From an uncultured Verrucomicrobiae bacterium (GTDB lineage: Bacteria; Verrucomicrobiota; Verrucomicrobiia; Chthoniobacterales; Terrimicrobiaceae): 64,000 nt of DNA. Location: positions 1-64,000 of the forward strand of contig CAVPOC010000008.1 in the NCBI GenBank assembly GCA_963706955.1. The letters run 5' to 3'. Positions 1 to 10,771 of this stretch are shown in pieces (the stretch's first letter is position 1; every line of letters starts with the position of its first letter). Made by a program: the position numbers and the translations under genes. A model generated the notes under the pieces. The model was not told where the DNA came from and ran no database searches. It saw only the letters and a program-made list of their open reading frames with translations.

Positions 1-343
1 AATTCTCGCCGAACGATTCTTCACGCGCTCGCAGTTTTGGCATGTCTAAGCATTCTCTTAGGTCAAACCGAATCTGTTGCAGCCCCTCCCTCTTGGACTA
101 CGGTCCGAGGTAGACTTGTCGGTAGCGGAATGTATGGGCCGAACACACCTATCGGGGAATGCGGTTAACATTACGCAACAACAGGTTTGGGCGTTCGTCT
201 CTGGTAGTCTCTCGACCCGATGGCAGATTCCGTTTTTAACAATATACCGTCAGGGCGATACCTTCTTGAGGTCTGGTTTCCGCGCAGGTCGTCCCCGCGA
301 ACATTCGACGTCAGGGCCCGGCGACAGCCGATTTCTGAGGTAG
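1..343 (+). CDS. partial, possibly frameshifted secreted hypothetical protein
   Basis: Frame 1 reads RRTILHALAVLACLSILLGQTESVAAP (signal-peptide-like) and stops just after a GGGG run at ~154; the 77..343 frame could continue it. Confidence 0.3.
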
Positions 344-523
344 GCACAATTAGACTCTGGTAGTCGCCGCGCCGCCAACCAGCCAATGGATGGTGCCGGA
401 ATCGCATCTATGCATCGGGGACTGTTTGAACTGGAAACCGATCGGCCTCGAAGGCACATTGCGCTTTTCTAAGATCTGATAAACTCGGTCCTCGCACCCG
501 CACCAAAGCGTCGAAGCCGCGGC

Positions 524-1371
524 CTACTGGTCGCGCCGCACTGATCGAACCGTGAAGTTGCGTGAATTTCCTTCGAGCTGGACCAGACCTAACTTCTCGG
601 CCGTTTTCAGCAGATCATTGAAGGAGGGAAAGCCATGCGCGCGCTCGTTAAAGCCTGGATTTCGCCGCTTCAACGCGGGCTTGATCATTGATCCCCAAAT
701 TAGATCTTCGCCACGTTCCTCTTCCAGCGCGGCCAGGGTCGCGACCAATGCGTCAAGAGCTTCTTCGCGCGTTGGTCCAGCATTCGGCTCAACCGATTCG
801 TCTTTCGGCCTGGGGTCTGTCTTTTCGGGCTTGAGCGCACCTTCTGACGCTTGCGCTCCTCGCGCACCAAGTCGTCGTAATAGAGGAACTGATCGCAGTT
901 ACTGATAAAGAGATCGGAACTCGAGCTCTTTACGCCTATACCGATGACGGTCTTGGCGTTTTCGCGCAGTTTGCTCACCAGCGGTGAAAAGTCGGAATCA
1001 CCGCTGAGAATCACAAAAGTGTCCAAATGCTGTTTTGTGTAACAAAGGTCCAAGGCGTCGACGACCATGCGGATGTCGGCGGAATTCTTACCGGAATGCC
1101 TGACGTGAGGAATTTCGATGAGCTCGAATGCAGCTTCATGAAGGTCTTTCTTGAACTCCTTGTAGCGGTCGAAGTCGCAATAGGCCTTCTTAACTACGAT
1201 GTGCCCGCGCAGCAGCAACCGCTCGAGAACGAGCTTGATATTAAAGGGCGGAAACTGGGCGGTTTTCGCACCTAAGGCAATGTTCTCAAGATCGAGGAAG
1301 ACCGCCATGGTTGCATCGACTGCCCGTAGCGCATCGCTCAATCCCTCCACTTCTTTGCCATCTCGTGGCAT
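524..1371 (-). CDS. NYN domain ribonuclease-like protein with C-terminal OST-HTH/LOTUS domain (frameshift near 825)
   Basis: VFLDLENI, GKNSADIRMVVDALD and LSGDSDFSPLV NYN motifs; the LOTUS-like tail (WGSMIKPALKRRNPGFNERAHGFPSFNDLL) is in the 524..748 frame. Confidence 0.85.
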
Positions 1372-1399
1372 GCCTTCACGTTTTACCATTAGTTGTCGG

Positions 1400-3546
1400 T
1401 CAGGAATCCGCCGTCCGTTGTATCTCCCTGACGAAGCCTGATGCGGGGGTCTCGCCACAGGTTTATTCAATAGGGCCTCAACCGCAACTAGGCAAAGATC
1501 GTCCGCCAGGGGCTGATCTCCGGAAAACTTCAAGATGTCATCGACAATCGCTTCGGTGAGATCGCCAATGTCCAGCTTGAGATTGTCGCTCATGGCGCGC
1601 TGGAGGCGCTCAATGCCGTAATATTCATCCTGCGCGTTCATGGCTTCTTCGCTTCCATCGGTAAAGAGGAGGAAGATGTCATGCTCCCGGAGCTCATGAT
1701 CAAAGACCTGGTAGGCCGCTTGAGGAAGAAGGCCAAGGGCGGGATTCTTCTTGAGGTCCTTGTAAACCGGACGAATCTCGCCAGTGCGACGATTGGCCAT
1801 CAGCGGGCTCGGATGTCCCGCGGATGCGCATCGCGCTGTGCCTTTTTGCGTATCGAAGACAATGAAACAGGCGGAGACAAAGATGACTTGGTCGGTCCGC
1901 TTCATCGTGTCGTAGAAATGATGGTTTAGGTGCGAAAGGAACAACCCGGGATCCTCACCGCTTTGCGCCAGACCCTGCAGCAACGTTCGCAAGATAGCTG
2001 TCACCAGGGCGGAGCGAGTCCCATGCCCCATCACATCGGCGATCAGAACGCCAGCGCATTGATCGTTCAGCTTAATGACATCGAAGAAATCACCGCTCAC
2101 CGACATGGCAGCGCGATAGATGTGATGAAAGTTTAACGTGAAGCGACACTCGTCCAGGTGGGTGGGAATCTGTGGGTAATCTCGGGGCAAGAAGGCCTGC
2201 TGAAAATCTCGAGCCATGTCGAGGTCGCGCTGAATTTCGGCGGTCTTTGCAGCCAACTCCGTCTTCAAGTCTTCCTGATAGCGAAGCAGCTTCCCGGACA
2301 TAGCTGAAAAATCTTGCGCGAACGCTTCCATCTCGTCTCCAGTTTTGATCGCATCGACGCTGGCGAGGGCCGTTTTCGGGTCCAAAATTTCCCTCCCGCT
2401 GCGCGCGCTCTTCCGCGACGAAAGCACCGTCGCGGCCATCGCTTCGGCGCCTTGGCTCAACGCCTTTAGCGGCGCGAGAATGAATCTATCCGCCAGATAA
2501 ATGACCAGTGCCAACGAAGCCAGAATGATCAAGGTTCCGGCAATCGCCAACACAGCCGCACGCTGACGCAACGGGGCGAGAATGTTCGAGGCGGGCGAGT
2601 GGACAATAACATACATCGGATCGCCGTAAATTTGCTGGTCCAAGTCATACAGGCCGAGGATCCGAACGGCCGAAAACCCGACCATACCGGAGGCTTTCCC
2701 ATTCAACGGAGCGATGAACCAACCGGGAGAGTCTGGCTGCAAATGGCTGACGGCCCGCTGTGAAATCTTCGCGCCCGTCGGGACGAAACTTCGGTCCGAC
2801 AGCTGCAAGAGCACGCTCCCGTCCTGGGCAATGACTTCGGCATTGGCGTCAGCGGCAATTGAGAGAACAGTGACCGAGGCGAGCAGGGTTGAAATATTAA
2901 CGACCGCCTTAAGCACGCCGATAGCCGATCCCGAAGCTTCGGGAACAATCGGCAGTGCGATATTAAGCGCGAGCACGCCTGCGCTTTCGTCGTATTGAAA
3001 ACCCTCCAAGAAAGCCTGCCCGCGGCTCAGACGCATCGCCTCGAGCCACCAGGTCTCTTTCGACTGATCGTAGGTAGAGGGCCGCGAGGTTGCGGCAACC
3101 ACTTTCCCCGAGCGCCCGGCCACAATCAGTTCCGCGAAGATCCAGTTCTTCCTGCCAAAATCCCGCAACCTCGCAGAAAGTGGATTGTTCAGGATGGTTT
3201 GAACCTGGGGACTATCCAGCCGCAATGAAGACCACACCGATTCGATCTGTCCGACACGTAACTTCCAGGCGTCCGACGAAAAATCGACGCCAGGATCCTC
3301 CTCAAACTCCAGGAGTCCGGCCACTCCGCCAAGCGAGAGCAGATCGTTTAGACTGCCAATGCAACGCTCGACCGCCAAACGGATGCTGCGGCCTACCTGG
3401 ATCGACTCACTACGAAACATTCCGCCCTGCTCAGCGACCCGCTGCCGGTAGTCCAGCGTCCAGATAACGCCGATGGCCACCAGCAAAAGCAGAACCGGGG
3501 CCAACACCAGGACGGCCACCAGCTTAGTCCGCAAGCTAAGTTTCAT
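1400..3546 (-). CDS. membrane sensor PP2C/SpoIIE-family phosphatase (TM, Cache-like region, TM, HAMP, SpoIIE); 3' boundary approximate
   Basis: Two TM segments; SGDFFD, IADVMGHG, ASAGHP, FTDG and DDLC PP2C motifs. Reads in frame into the NYN gene as assembled. Confidence 0.85.
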
Positions 3547-3746
3547 GGAGGAGAATTCGGCCGGAACGATTGCGAAGTTCGGACACCGCACTCTGGAAAT
3601 CAATCAGATAATCGGAAAGGAATTGCGAGGCCGACATCGGGGCGGACGGAGGTGAAATCACGGCGCTGGGATGTCTTAAATCAAAAGGGGGCTTGCCAGA
3701 GAGGAGGAGTTGCGCAAGGCTGGCAAGTTCCACATTTGCTACGGCT

Positions 3747-4106
3747 ATGAGCATCATCGAAAAAATTGAGAGCGAACAGCTCAAGAAAGATGTCCCGCAA
3801 TTTCAGGTGGGGGACACGGTCCGGGTGCATACGCGGGTGATCGAAGGGGACAAAGAGCGCATCCAAGTTTACAGCGGGATCGTCATTGGCCGCAAGGGCA
3901 CCGGGCTAAACGCGAATTTCACCGTTCGGAGGGTAAGCTATGGGGAAGGCGTGGAGCGCGTTTTTCCAGTCAACTCGCCGCGTATTGCCAAAATCGAGAT
4001 TGAGCGAAAAGGTGAAGTCCGTCGCGCCAAGCTGAATTACCTTCGCAAGCGGAAGGGAAAGTCGGCAACCGCAGTTAAGGAGAAGTCGCAAGAGAAGCCA
4101 GCCTAG
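3747..4106 (+). CDS. rplS: 50S ribosomal protein L19
   Basis: [13 protein letters not shown]...EGDKERIQ...GEGVERVFP...[10 protein letters not shown]. Confidence 0.97.
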   Translation: MSIIEKIESEQLKKDVPQFQVGDTVRVHTRVIEGDKERIQVYSGIVIGRKGTGLNANFTVRRVSYGEGVERVFPVNSPRIAKIEIERKGEVRRAKLNYLRKRKGKSATAVKEKSQEKPA

Positions 4107-4116
4107 TCCCTTACCA

Positions 4117-4731
4117 ATGCCCTGCTCATTCGGGCACGAGCGCTCTCTCAAGAAGCGGGGCATTCTTCTTATCGCTGGCATTGATGAAGCCGGGCGTGGA
4201 CCCCTCGCCGGGCCCGTGGTCGCCGCGGCGGTCATTTTCCTTGAGCATCGGCGCTTCGGAGGCCTGAATGATTCCAAGAAGCTGACGCCGGAATTTCGGG
4301 CGGAGTTGTTCATGCAAATCGCCAACGCCACGCATGTGCATTGGGCAGTATCGGTTCAAGATGTCGTCACCATCGATACGATCAACATCCTTCGGGCGAC
4401 ACATCGAGCGATGTCCCAGGCGATCATCGCCTTGCCCTCGCCACCTGAACACGTGTTGATCGATGGCCTCCCTGTGCCCAACTTCCCTTCTCCGCATACT
4501 GCGATCGTTGGGGGCGACGAACTCAGTCTTTCCATCGCGGCCGCGAGCGTTATCGCCAAAGTCACGCGCGACAGGATCATGAACAAAGTCGACGCGCTTT
4601 ACCCGCAATATGGATTCCGTCGGCACAAGGGTTATGCCACGCCCGAGCATCTCCTCGCCTTGCGCAAATATGGACCATGCCCATTCCATCGCTTCAGCTT
4701 CTCACCGATCGCACAACCGGAGCTCTTCTAA
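4117..4731 (+). CDS. rnhB: ribonuclease HII
   Basis: AGIDEAGRGPLAGPVVAAAV, DSKKL, SIAAASVIAKVTRD, HKGY. Confidence 0.96.
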   Translation: MPCSFGHERSLKKRGILLIAGIDEAGRGPLAGPVVAAAVIFLEHRRFGGLNDSKKLTPEFRAELFMQIANATHVHWAVSVQDVVTIDTINILRATHRAMSQAIIALPSPPEHVLIDGLPVPNFPSPHTAIVGGDELSLSIAAASVIAKVTRDRIMNKVDALYPQYGFRRHKGYATPEHLLALRKYGPCPFHRFSFSPIAQPELF

Positions 4732-4773
4732 GAGAAGATCGATTCCAATTACTGCGACCATCTAACACCACCC

Positions 4774-5055
4774 ATGGGCGCTGAACTCTATTCCAACGGA
4801 CACGGCGATACTCGCTCGAGCAGTTGCCAGATTTTTACCTATTCGACACCGGACGAGATCGAGTCGAACGTTCAAGTCCATACCTTTTCTTCTCAAAGAG
4901 ACGCAGACTTCTTTCTCGAGGGAGTCGAAGCCACCGGTCGTCTGGAGATGGACATGGCGGCAACACAGCCCGTTCTCCTTTCCGACGGCCGATTCGGGAT
5001 CGTTATCAGCTGGCGCGATGGCCGAAGCGGCGGCCTCAGCCAATTCAATCACTAA
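4774..5055 (+). CDS. hypothetical protein
   Basis: 93-aa ATG ORF filling the gap after rnhB; no family recognised. Confidence 0.45.
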   Translation: MGAELYSNGHGDTRSSSCQIFTYSTPDEIESNVQVHTFSSQRDADFFLEGVEATGRLEMDMAATQPVLLSDGRFGIVISWRDGRSGGLSQFNH

Positions 5056-5085
5056 ACGCCTCGCTATCGGCCCGCCAGTCCAATC

Positions 5086-5346
5086 ATGTCACACGTCCTC
5101 GGCGTTGACATGTGCGTGCGCAACCAATTCGACCGGTTCAACCCGGTCAGTGATGTGATCAATCGCGTTCCCAAGCTGGGCGCGCGCGCAGCCTCTGCAC
5201 AACAGTCGTTCCGCGAAAAACTGCTCGACCACCGAAGCTACATCACCGAACACGGCGATGACCTGCCCGAAATTCGCAACTGGCAACGGGGCGGCGCCGC
5301 CGAAAGCAAGACGGCGAACGCGGAGACCGCGGCAGACAACCTTTAG
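5086..5346 (+). pseudogene. C-terminal remnant of phosphoketolase (XFP family)
   Basis: DMCVRNQFDRF..DVINRVPKLGARAA..QSFREKLLDHRSYITEHGDDLPEIRNW resembles the extreme C-terminus of phosphoketolases; the rest of the gene is absent. Confidence 0.75.
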
Positions 5347-5489
5347 AGCATTGCCGCGAGCGACATTTGTCTGTAGCGCCGATTTTCCCATCGTCGACCC
5401 CTCCAACCCGTCGGTGAGGACACCGGCGCTGCAGCTATCGACAGCGAAGGCTTGCGATGAGATGGATGATCACGCCATTCTTCTGCGCG

Positions 5490-5942
5490 ATGACGCAGCT
5501 TTTTGAAATTCTGGACACCCTGCCGAGGCGGGACTTTGCTGCGGGCGAGACGATCATCGAAGAGGGTAGCACGACGGGGATGCTTTTCTTTTTGATCAGC
5601 GGCGAAGTCGAAATTTACAAAGACGAGGTGCCACTGGCATCGACGTCGGAGCCTGGCTCAGTCTTTGGTGAGATGTCCGCATTACTGGGCACAAGCCATC
5701 GCGCCAGCGTGAGAGTTGTGGAGCCCTCCTCCTTTTACGTCGTTGAAGACGGGCGGCAATTCCTGCAAAACCACCCCGTCGTCTCCATGCACGTCTCCGA
5801 ACTGCTCGCGCGGCGCCTTGATGCCTTAAACAGATATCTGGTCGATGTCCGGCAACAGTTCGACGGCCACGACCATCTAAATATGGTCGACGAGGTTCTT
5901 GAAGTGCTTATGCATCGACAGCGGAGGCCACCGGTGCGCTGA
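5490..5942 (+). CDS. cyclic nucleotide-binding domain protein
   Basis: FAAGETIIEEG, GEVEI and GSVFGEMSALLGTSHRASV cNMP-binding signature; no HTH seen. Confidence 0.85.
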   Translation: MTQLFEILDTLPRRDFAAGETIIEEGSTTGMLFFLISGEVEIYKDEVPLASTSEPGSVFGEMSALLGTSHRASVRVVEPSSFYVVEDGRQFLQNHPVVSMHVSELLARRLDALNRYLVDVRQQFDGHDHLNMVDEVLEVLMHRQRRPPVR

Positions 5943-6675
5943 GCTCTCCTGATTCGACCAGGAGGCGTTTCAGGCACTCGCCCTCGAGCGAAAACCATTC
6001 TGCAGTCATTGTCTCCAAGTCGAACACGATCGAGGTGGGCCGCTGGCCAATCTGACGACCCGGGTTGAAGACCCAGGTCTTGTCGATTCGATCGATCCAC
6101 GAACCCTCCGGGTAGAAAGGTGCATTGTGAATGTGGCCGGAAAGCACAAAGTCCGGACCGAAACGACGAATCCACTCAACCAGATACTGATCTCCGGCAA
6201 ACTTCTTTCCTGTCCAACTCACTGGCGATCGGTCGGGGGGCGCATGATGTATCCAGATCCACCTGCCGGTGACCCGGGTAGCGGCCTGGGCTAGGAATTG
6301 CTCGAGCTCACTACGCGAGAACGGACCATCCCACCAAGGACACAAGGTCACCGTTGCGTTAGGCAGCAAAACTTCGTCGCCGTCCACGAAGAGCCCATTG
6401 CCGCGAACGCGCAGCAGCCATTTGGCAAACCATTCGCCGGCGGCATTTCGCGCATCGGCGTCGTGATTTCCCGAGACGACCAGCAAGCGGGTCTGACTCC
6501 GCAAACGCCTGAGATATCGCTCAATCACGGCAATTTGAACATCGGGGTCCAGGGCGCCAGCCACGTCCAGGAGATCTCCACCAATCGCCGCCAGGTCGAA
6601 TGAAGGCGCGTTTGCCAGCAGCCAATCGAACTGCTTCAAACTGTAGTGGAGATCAGCAACGTAGAGAATTTTCAT
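5908..6675 (-). CDS. calcineurin-like metallophosphoesterase
   Basis: ADLH, GDLLD, SGNHD, HHAPP and SGHIH motifs. Confidence 0.88.
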   Translation of the reverse strand: MKILYVADLHYSLKQFDWLLANAPSFDLAAIGGDLLDVAGALDPDVQIAVIERYLRRLRSQTRLLVVSGNHDADARNAAGEWFAKWLLRVRGNGLFVDGDEVLLPNATVTLCPWWDGPFSRSELEQFLAQAATRVTGRWIWIHHAPPDRSPVSWTGKKFAGDQYLVEWIRRFGPDFVLSGHIHNAPFYPEGSWIDRIDKTWVFNPGRQIGQRPTSIVFDLETMTAEWFSLEGECLKRLLVESGELSAPVASAVDA

Positions 6676-7099
6676 GCGCGTGATCCAGAGCATGGACACG
6701 CACAATCGCGCTGCACGCTGGCAAGCTCGTCTCGCACCCATCGGCCCGGATGGCGCCAGATCCTATCCGCCGAGAAGCCGATTGTGTAAAGCTTTCTCGG
6801 GCTCTCTCCCAACGCGGTGAGTTGTGTGCCAACTCGAACAAAAGAACAGGAGCGACGTTCACGACCGACTCCGCTGTAGAAAAGGTTGCGCGCTGTAGCG
6901 ACCATCTCCCCATGGTCGAGGGTCCAGCCCCTCAGCGGCGAGGACGCCGCCGCTGCAACAGAAATGCCGCGGCTGTCGAACTTTTACTACGGGAGCGTCA
7001 TGTTCTTGCCGCAGCAGCCAGGCTCAAGATATGGTGGCGGGCAAAGGCTACTGCGTATACATGCGATCCGAGTCGCCCTCCGGTAACTGGCGCCATTTG

Positions 7100-7537
7100 A
7101 TGCGACTCAGGCAGGTCGCCCAGCGTGTGCGGGGGATCTTGTTTCCGCCACCAACGCCGGCGCACCTGAGGCTCGGGCGATCCGGCGAGAACCTGGCGGT
7201 CCACCACCTGCAAAAGAACGGCCACAAAATTCTCTTCCGCAACTTTCGAGCGCCACATGGGGGCGAGGTTGATATCGTCTGCCGCGATAAGCGGCATAAT
7301 GAACTGGTCTTTGTCGAGGTGAAGACACGGACATCCGAAGACTTCGGACGTCCCCTGGATGCGGTTGACCGGAAGAAACGGCGCTTGATTCTCCGCGGAG
7401 CGATGACGTGGCTGAGGATGCTTGACATGCCCGACATCGTCTTTCGCTTCGACGTCGTTGAAGTGGTCATCTCCAGTCCCACCGAAGTGCGTCACATCGA
7501 AAACGCCTTTCGCATGCCGGACAACTATTCCTATTGA
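7100..7537 (+). CDS. YraN family PD-(D/E)XK endonuclease-like protein
   Basis: LGRSGENLA, RNFR..GEVDIV, LVFVEVKTR, FRFDVVEV; start codon uncertain. Confidence 0.9.
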   Translation: MRLRQVAQRVRGILFPPPTPAHLRLGRSGENLAVHHLQKNGHKILFRNFRAPHGGEVDIVCRDKRHNELVFVEVKTRTSEDFGRPLDAVDRKKRRLILRGAMTWLRMLDMPDIVFRFDVVEVVISSPTEVRHIENAFRMPDNYSY

Positions 7538-7605
7538 TCCGGAATCCGAAATTATCGCAAAACCGGCTGCCGGTGGATTAAGCCACTGGCAGCATAATAT
7601 CTCTA

Positions 7606-8565
7606 ATGCGCATCCTTTCCGGCATCCAGCCTTCAGGCACTCTGCACCTTGGCAACTATTTCGGGATGATGAAGCCGGCAATCGAGCTTCAACATCGGGG
7701 GGAAGCATTCTATTTCATTGCCGACCTCCACGCGCTGACAACGGTTCGTGATGCCGGAGAGCTCAGCGAGAATATACGCAACGTAGCCATCGACTTTCTT
7801 GCCTGCGGCCTCGATCCGCGCCGGGCATGCTTCTTTCGCCAATCGCAAGTGCCGGCAGTCACCGAATTGGCATGGATACTCAGCACATTGACTCCGATGG
7901 GGCTGCTCGAGCGGAGCCATTCTTACAAGGACAAGATTCAGCGAGGGATCGCAGCGTCGCACGGACTTTTCGCCTATCCCGTGCTCATGGCAGCGGACAT
8001 TCTCATCTACGACAGCGATGTGGTCCCCGTCGGCAAGGACCAGAAACAACATCTCGAGGTCACGCGCGACCTCGTCCTCAAGTTCAATGAAACTTTCGGC
8101 CCGACTCTGAAGCTGCCCGAGCCGAGCATTCGCGAGGAAACGGCGGCGGTTCCTGGACTCGACGGCGAAAAGATGAGCAAGAGCTATGGGAACACCATTG
8201 GCATCTTTGAAGAGGAATCTTCCCTACGAAAGAAAGTGATGGGTCTAAAGACAGATTCGACGCCCGTCGAGCAGCCTAAGTCTCTCGAGCAATCAACCAT
8301 CCTGGCTCTTTACAAGCTCGTCGCGAGCTCGTCCGACTATGGTCTGATGGAGGATCAATTTCGCGCCGGGGGCGTTGGTTATGGTGAGTTCAAGAAAAGA
8401 CTCTTCGCGGCACTATGGGACTATTTTGCATCGATGCGACGGCGGCGAGAGGAAATCCTCGCCGATCCCGGCTATGTCGAACTAGTGCTCCGGGAAGGTC
8501 GGCTGCGAGCCAACCAGGTCGCCGAAGAAGTGATGTCCAGAGTGCGCTCCGCGACCGGACTTTAG
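7606..8565 (+). CDS. trpS: tryptophan--tRNA ligase
   Basis: SGIQPSGTLHLGNY, YPVLMAADIL, KMSKS. Confidence 0.97.
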   Translation: MRILSGIQPSGTLHLGNYFGMMKPAIELQHRGEAFYFIADLHALTTVRDAGELSENIRNVAIDFLACGLDPRRACFFRQSQVPAVTELAWILSTLTPMGLLERSHSYKDKIQRGIAASHGLFAYPVLMAADILIYDSDVVPVGKDQKQHLEVTRDLVLKFNETFGPTLKLPEPSIREETAAVPGLDGEKMSKSYGNTIGIFEEESSLRKKVMGLKTDSTPVEQPKSLEQSTILALYKLVASSSDYGLMEDQFRAGGVGYGEFKKRLFAALWDYFASMRRRREEILADPGYVELVLREGRLRANQVAEEVMSRVRSATGL

Positions 8566-8666
8566 CGCGTGACCAGGGATTGAAGCGTGATCATGCGGCG
8601 ATGCGAAGATCCGTTTGCCTGGACAGCATCTAGCTTTCGCCGGCCTGATCGCAAGGCAACGCAACT

Positions 8667-9320
8667 TTAATTCTGCTGGTCGTCAGCGGCAGTTGCCGCA
8701 GGAGTTATTGCCGGTCCTGATGCCGACGTTAATTTGTCAAGAATCGGGGCAATGCTCGGATCAACCTTCGCCATCGCTTTGCTGACCGCTTGTCGATAAG
8801 CTTCAATGACCGTCTTGCGCTCCGCGGTGGTCACAGCATCCCATCTCTTTTTCTCGGCGGCCGCGACGCCCGGATCGTCTTCCACCTGCGCCATGAGCCT
8901 CAACAGCTTCTGGCGTTCTTCCTCACTCAGAGCGCTTAATCTGGCCTCTGACCAAGCCCGACGAGCCCTAAACTGCATTGACACCTTTCGCACCAGCTCG
9001 GCAAGCCCAGGATCTATTTCCAACATCTTTGTCCGCATCCCCTTGAAAAATTCCCTGTTGGCGCGCTGAGCGTCCTTACGCAGTCGCTGTAGCTTTGGAT
9101 CCTCTAGTGCCTTTTCGCGGACGGCAAGAAACCGCTGGCGGGTCTCCTCCGGAACGCCCTCCAAAAATTTCGAAATAAACTGCTCGCCGCGCCCTCCCTC
9201 CTCCGAGGACTCGGCCGGACTCGTCTGGGGAGAAGCGATGGCGTTGGTAGTCTGTGCATGTGCCGGGCGCCCTCCGCAAGCCACCAGGAAAATCCCGGCA
9301 GCTAAAAGTTGATATCTCAT
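8667..9320 (-). CDS. secreted helical hypothetical protein
   Basis: Signal peptide ending AHA; two internal helical repeats (ALEDPKL../VEDDPGV.., EIDPGLA/KVDPSIA). Confidence 0.7.
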   Translation of the reverse strand: MRYQLLAAGIFLVACGGRPAHAQTTNAIASPQTSPAESSEEGGRGEQFISKFLEGVPEETRQRFLAVREKALEDPKLQRLRKDAQRANREFFKGMRTKMLEIDPGLAELVRKVSMQFRARRAWSEARLSALSEEERQKLLRLMAQVEDDPGVAAAEKKRWDAVTTAERKTVIEAYRQAVSKAMAKVDPSIAPILDKLTSASGPAITPAATAADDQQN

Positions 9321-9433
9321 ACGCGTGAAAAATTTAACGCTTCGACTGATCAAAAGTTACGCCGATCCTCGGCTCTTTCATATTGAGCAATGAAGGAATT
9401 GGCTTCCGAGCGACCGTTGCGCGGTTGGCGGCC

Positions 9434-10771
9434 TCATACGCCGCGTCTCTGCATTTGGTGCATTGTTTCCTGCGATTTGGCAACTGGTCTGAGAGGGGCC
9501 GGTAACCGAATAATAAACGAGGTGCCCTGCCCGGGCACACTCTCGACCGCTATCGAACCTCCGTGCGCCAGGATGATATGCTTGACGATCGCCAATCCTA
9601 AGCCTGTCCCACCACCGCGGTCTCGTGAGCGGTCCTTGTGGACCCGATAGAACCGCTCAAAGATGTGCGCCTGATCACCATAGGGAATCCCGGGACCATT
9701 ATCCGAAAAAACGATCTCGATATCCGCATCGACGCGCCGGCTCGTTACACGAATGGCGATCTCATCCGAGGTCGCGTGACGCAGAGAATTTTCCAACAGA
9801 TTCTCAAAGACCTGCTCGATGCGATCCGGATCGACATCGGCAAATGACGCTTGCGGATCCCATTCCTTGGTAACGCGAGCATGACGCTCGAAAATCGCCG
9901 GTGCAATGCGCTCCACAACCCCGTCCAGAAGCAGCGGCAGCTCGACATTGGCGAAGTTCGGCTGCACTGAGCGGTGTTCGAGCTGAGAGAGGGTCAAGAG
10001 GTCCTCGATCAGCAGGCTGAGGCGCTGGCCATTTTTCGCCATTGCTTTTAACCAAGCTTCGGTCGTGTCGCGATCATCCAGCGCTCCGTCCAGCAGCATT
10101 TCGACGTAGCCATTGATGATAGCCAGAGGGGTGCGAAATTCATGCGACACATTGGCAACGAATTCGCGGCGAACCTCCTCAAGATCTTTGACCCTGGTGA
10201 CGTCATGGAAAACGATGACCGCACCGAGCGGTCGAGCTTTTCGCCCCGGAGTTAAGCCATTTACGTAAACCTCGGCGTGCTTGGTCGCATAGCCCTCGCG
10301 GGTGGCAACACCCAGGGGAAGCTCGATAGTGCGCGCAACTCCATCGAACAGGGTCTTCTCAATTGCTTGCTGGAGTTCAGGATTGAGGAAAACCTCAATA
10401 ATCGTGCGGTTGACCGGAGATTGCTTAAGGCCGAGCATCCGCTCCAGTGATTCGTTGGCCAAACGGATTCGCTGCGCGCGGTCGGTAATCACCACTCCCT
10501 CGACCATGCTCGAGAGAATCGCTTTCAAACTGAAACCCTCCGCGGCAATCTGCTGATCGAGCTGCTGAAGCAACTCGGAGATTCGGCGGACATCGGCATA
10601 TGTCTCCTGAAGCAAGCCTTGGTGCGAACTCAGCAACACTGGTCGAAAATCACCCTGAGCCAGCCGCCGCAGAACGGCACGGAGTTCGTTGAAGGGCGCA
10701 ACGATACGGAAATAAGCCAAAACGCCCGCAACTACCAAGGCTCCCAGGAGAATTTCTGTCCACGGAATCAA
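9434..10771 (-). CDS. PhoR-like sensor histidine kinase (HAMP, PAS, HisKA, HATPase)
   Basis: RREFVANVSHEFRTPL, NLLENS, DNGPGI, FERFYRV, GGTGLGLAIVKH. Confidence 0.92.
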   Translation of the reverse strand: MIPWTEILLGALVVAGVLAYFRIVAPFNELRAVLRRLAQGDFRPVLLSSHQGLLQETYADVRRISELLQQLDQQIAAEGFSLKAILSSMVEGVVITDRAQRIRLANESLERMLGLKQSPVNRTIIEVFLNPELQQAIEKTLFDGVARTIELPLGVATREGYATKHAEVYVNGLTPGRKARPLGAVIVFHDVTRVKDLEEVRREFVANVSHEFRTPLAIINGYVEMLLDGALDDRDTTEAWLKAMAKNGQRLSLLIEDLLTLSQLEHRSVQPNFANVELPLLLDGVVERIAPAIFERHARVTKEWDPQASFADVDPDRIEQVFENLLENSLRHATSDEIAIRVTSRRVDADIEIVFSDNGPGIPYGDQAHIFERFYRVHKDRSRDRGGGTGLGLAIVKHIILAHGGSIAVESVPGQGTSFIIRLPAPLRPVAKSQETMHQMQRRGV

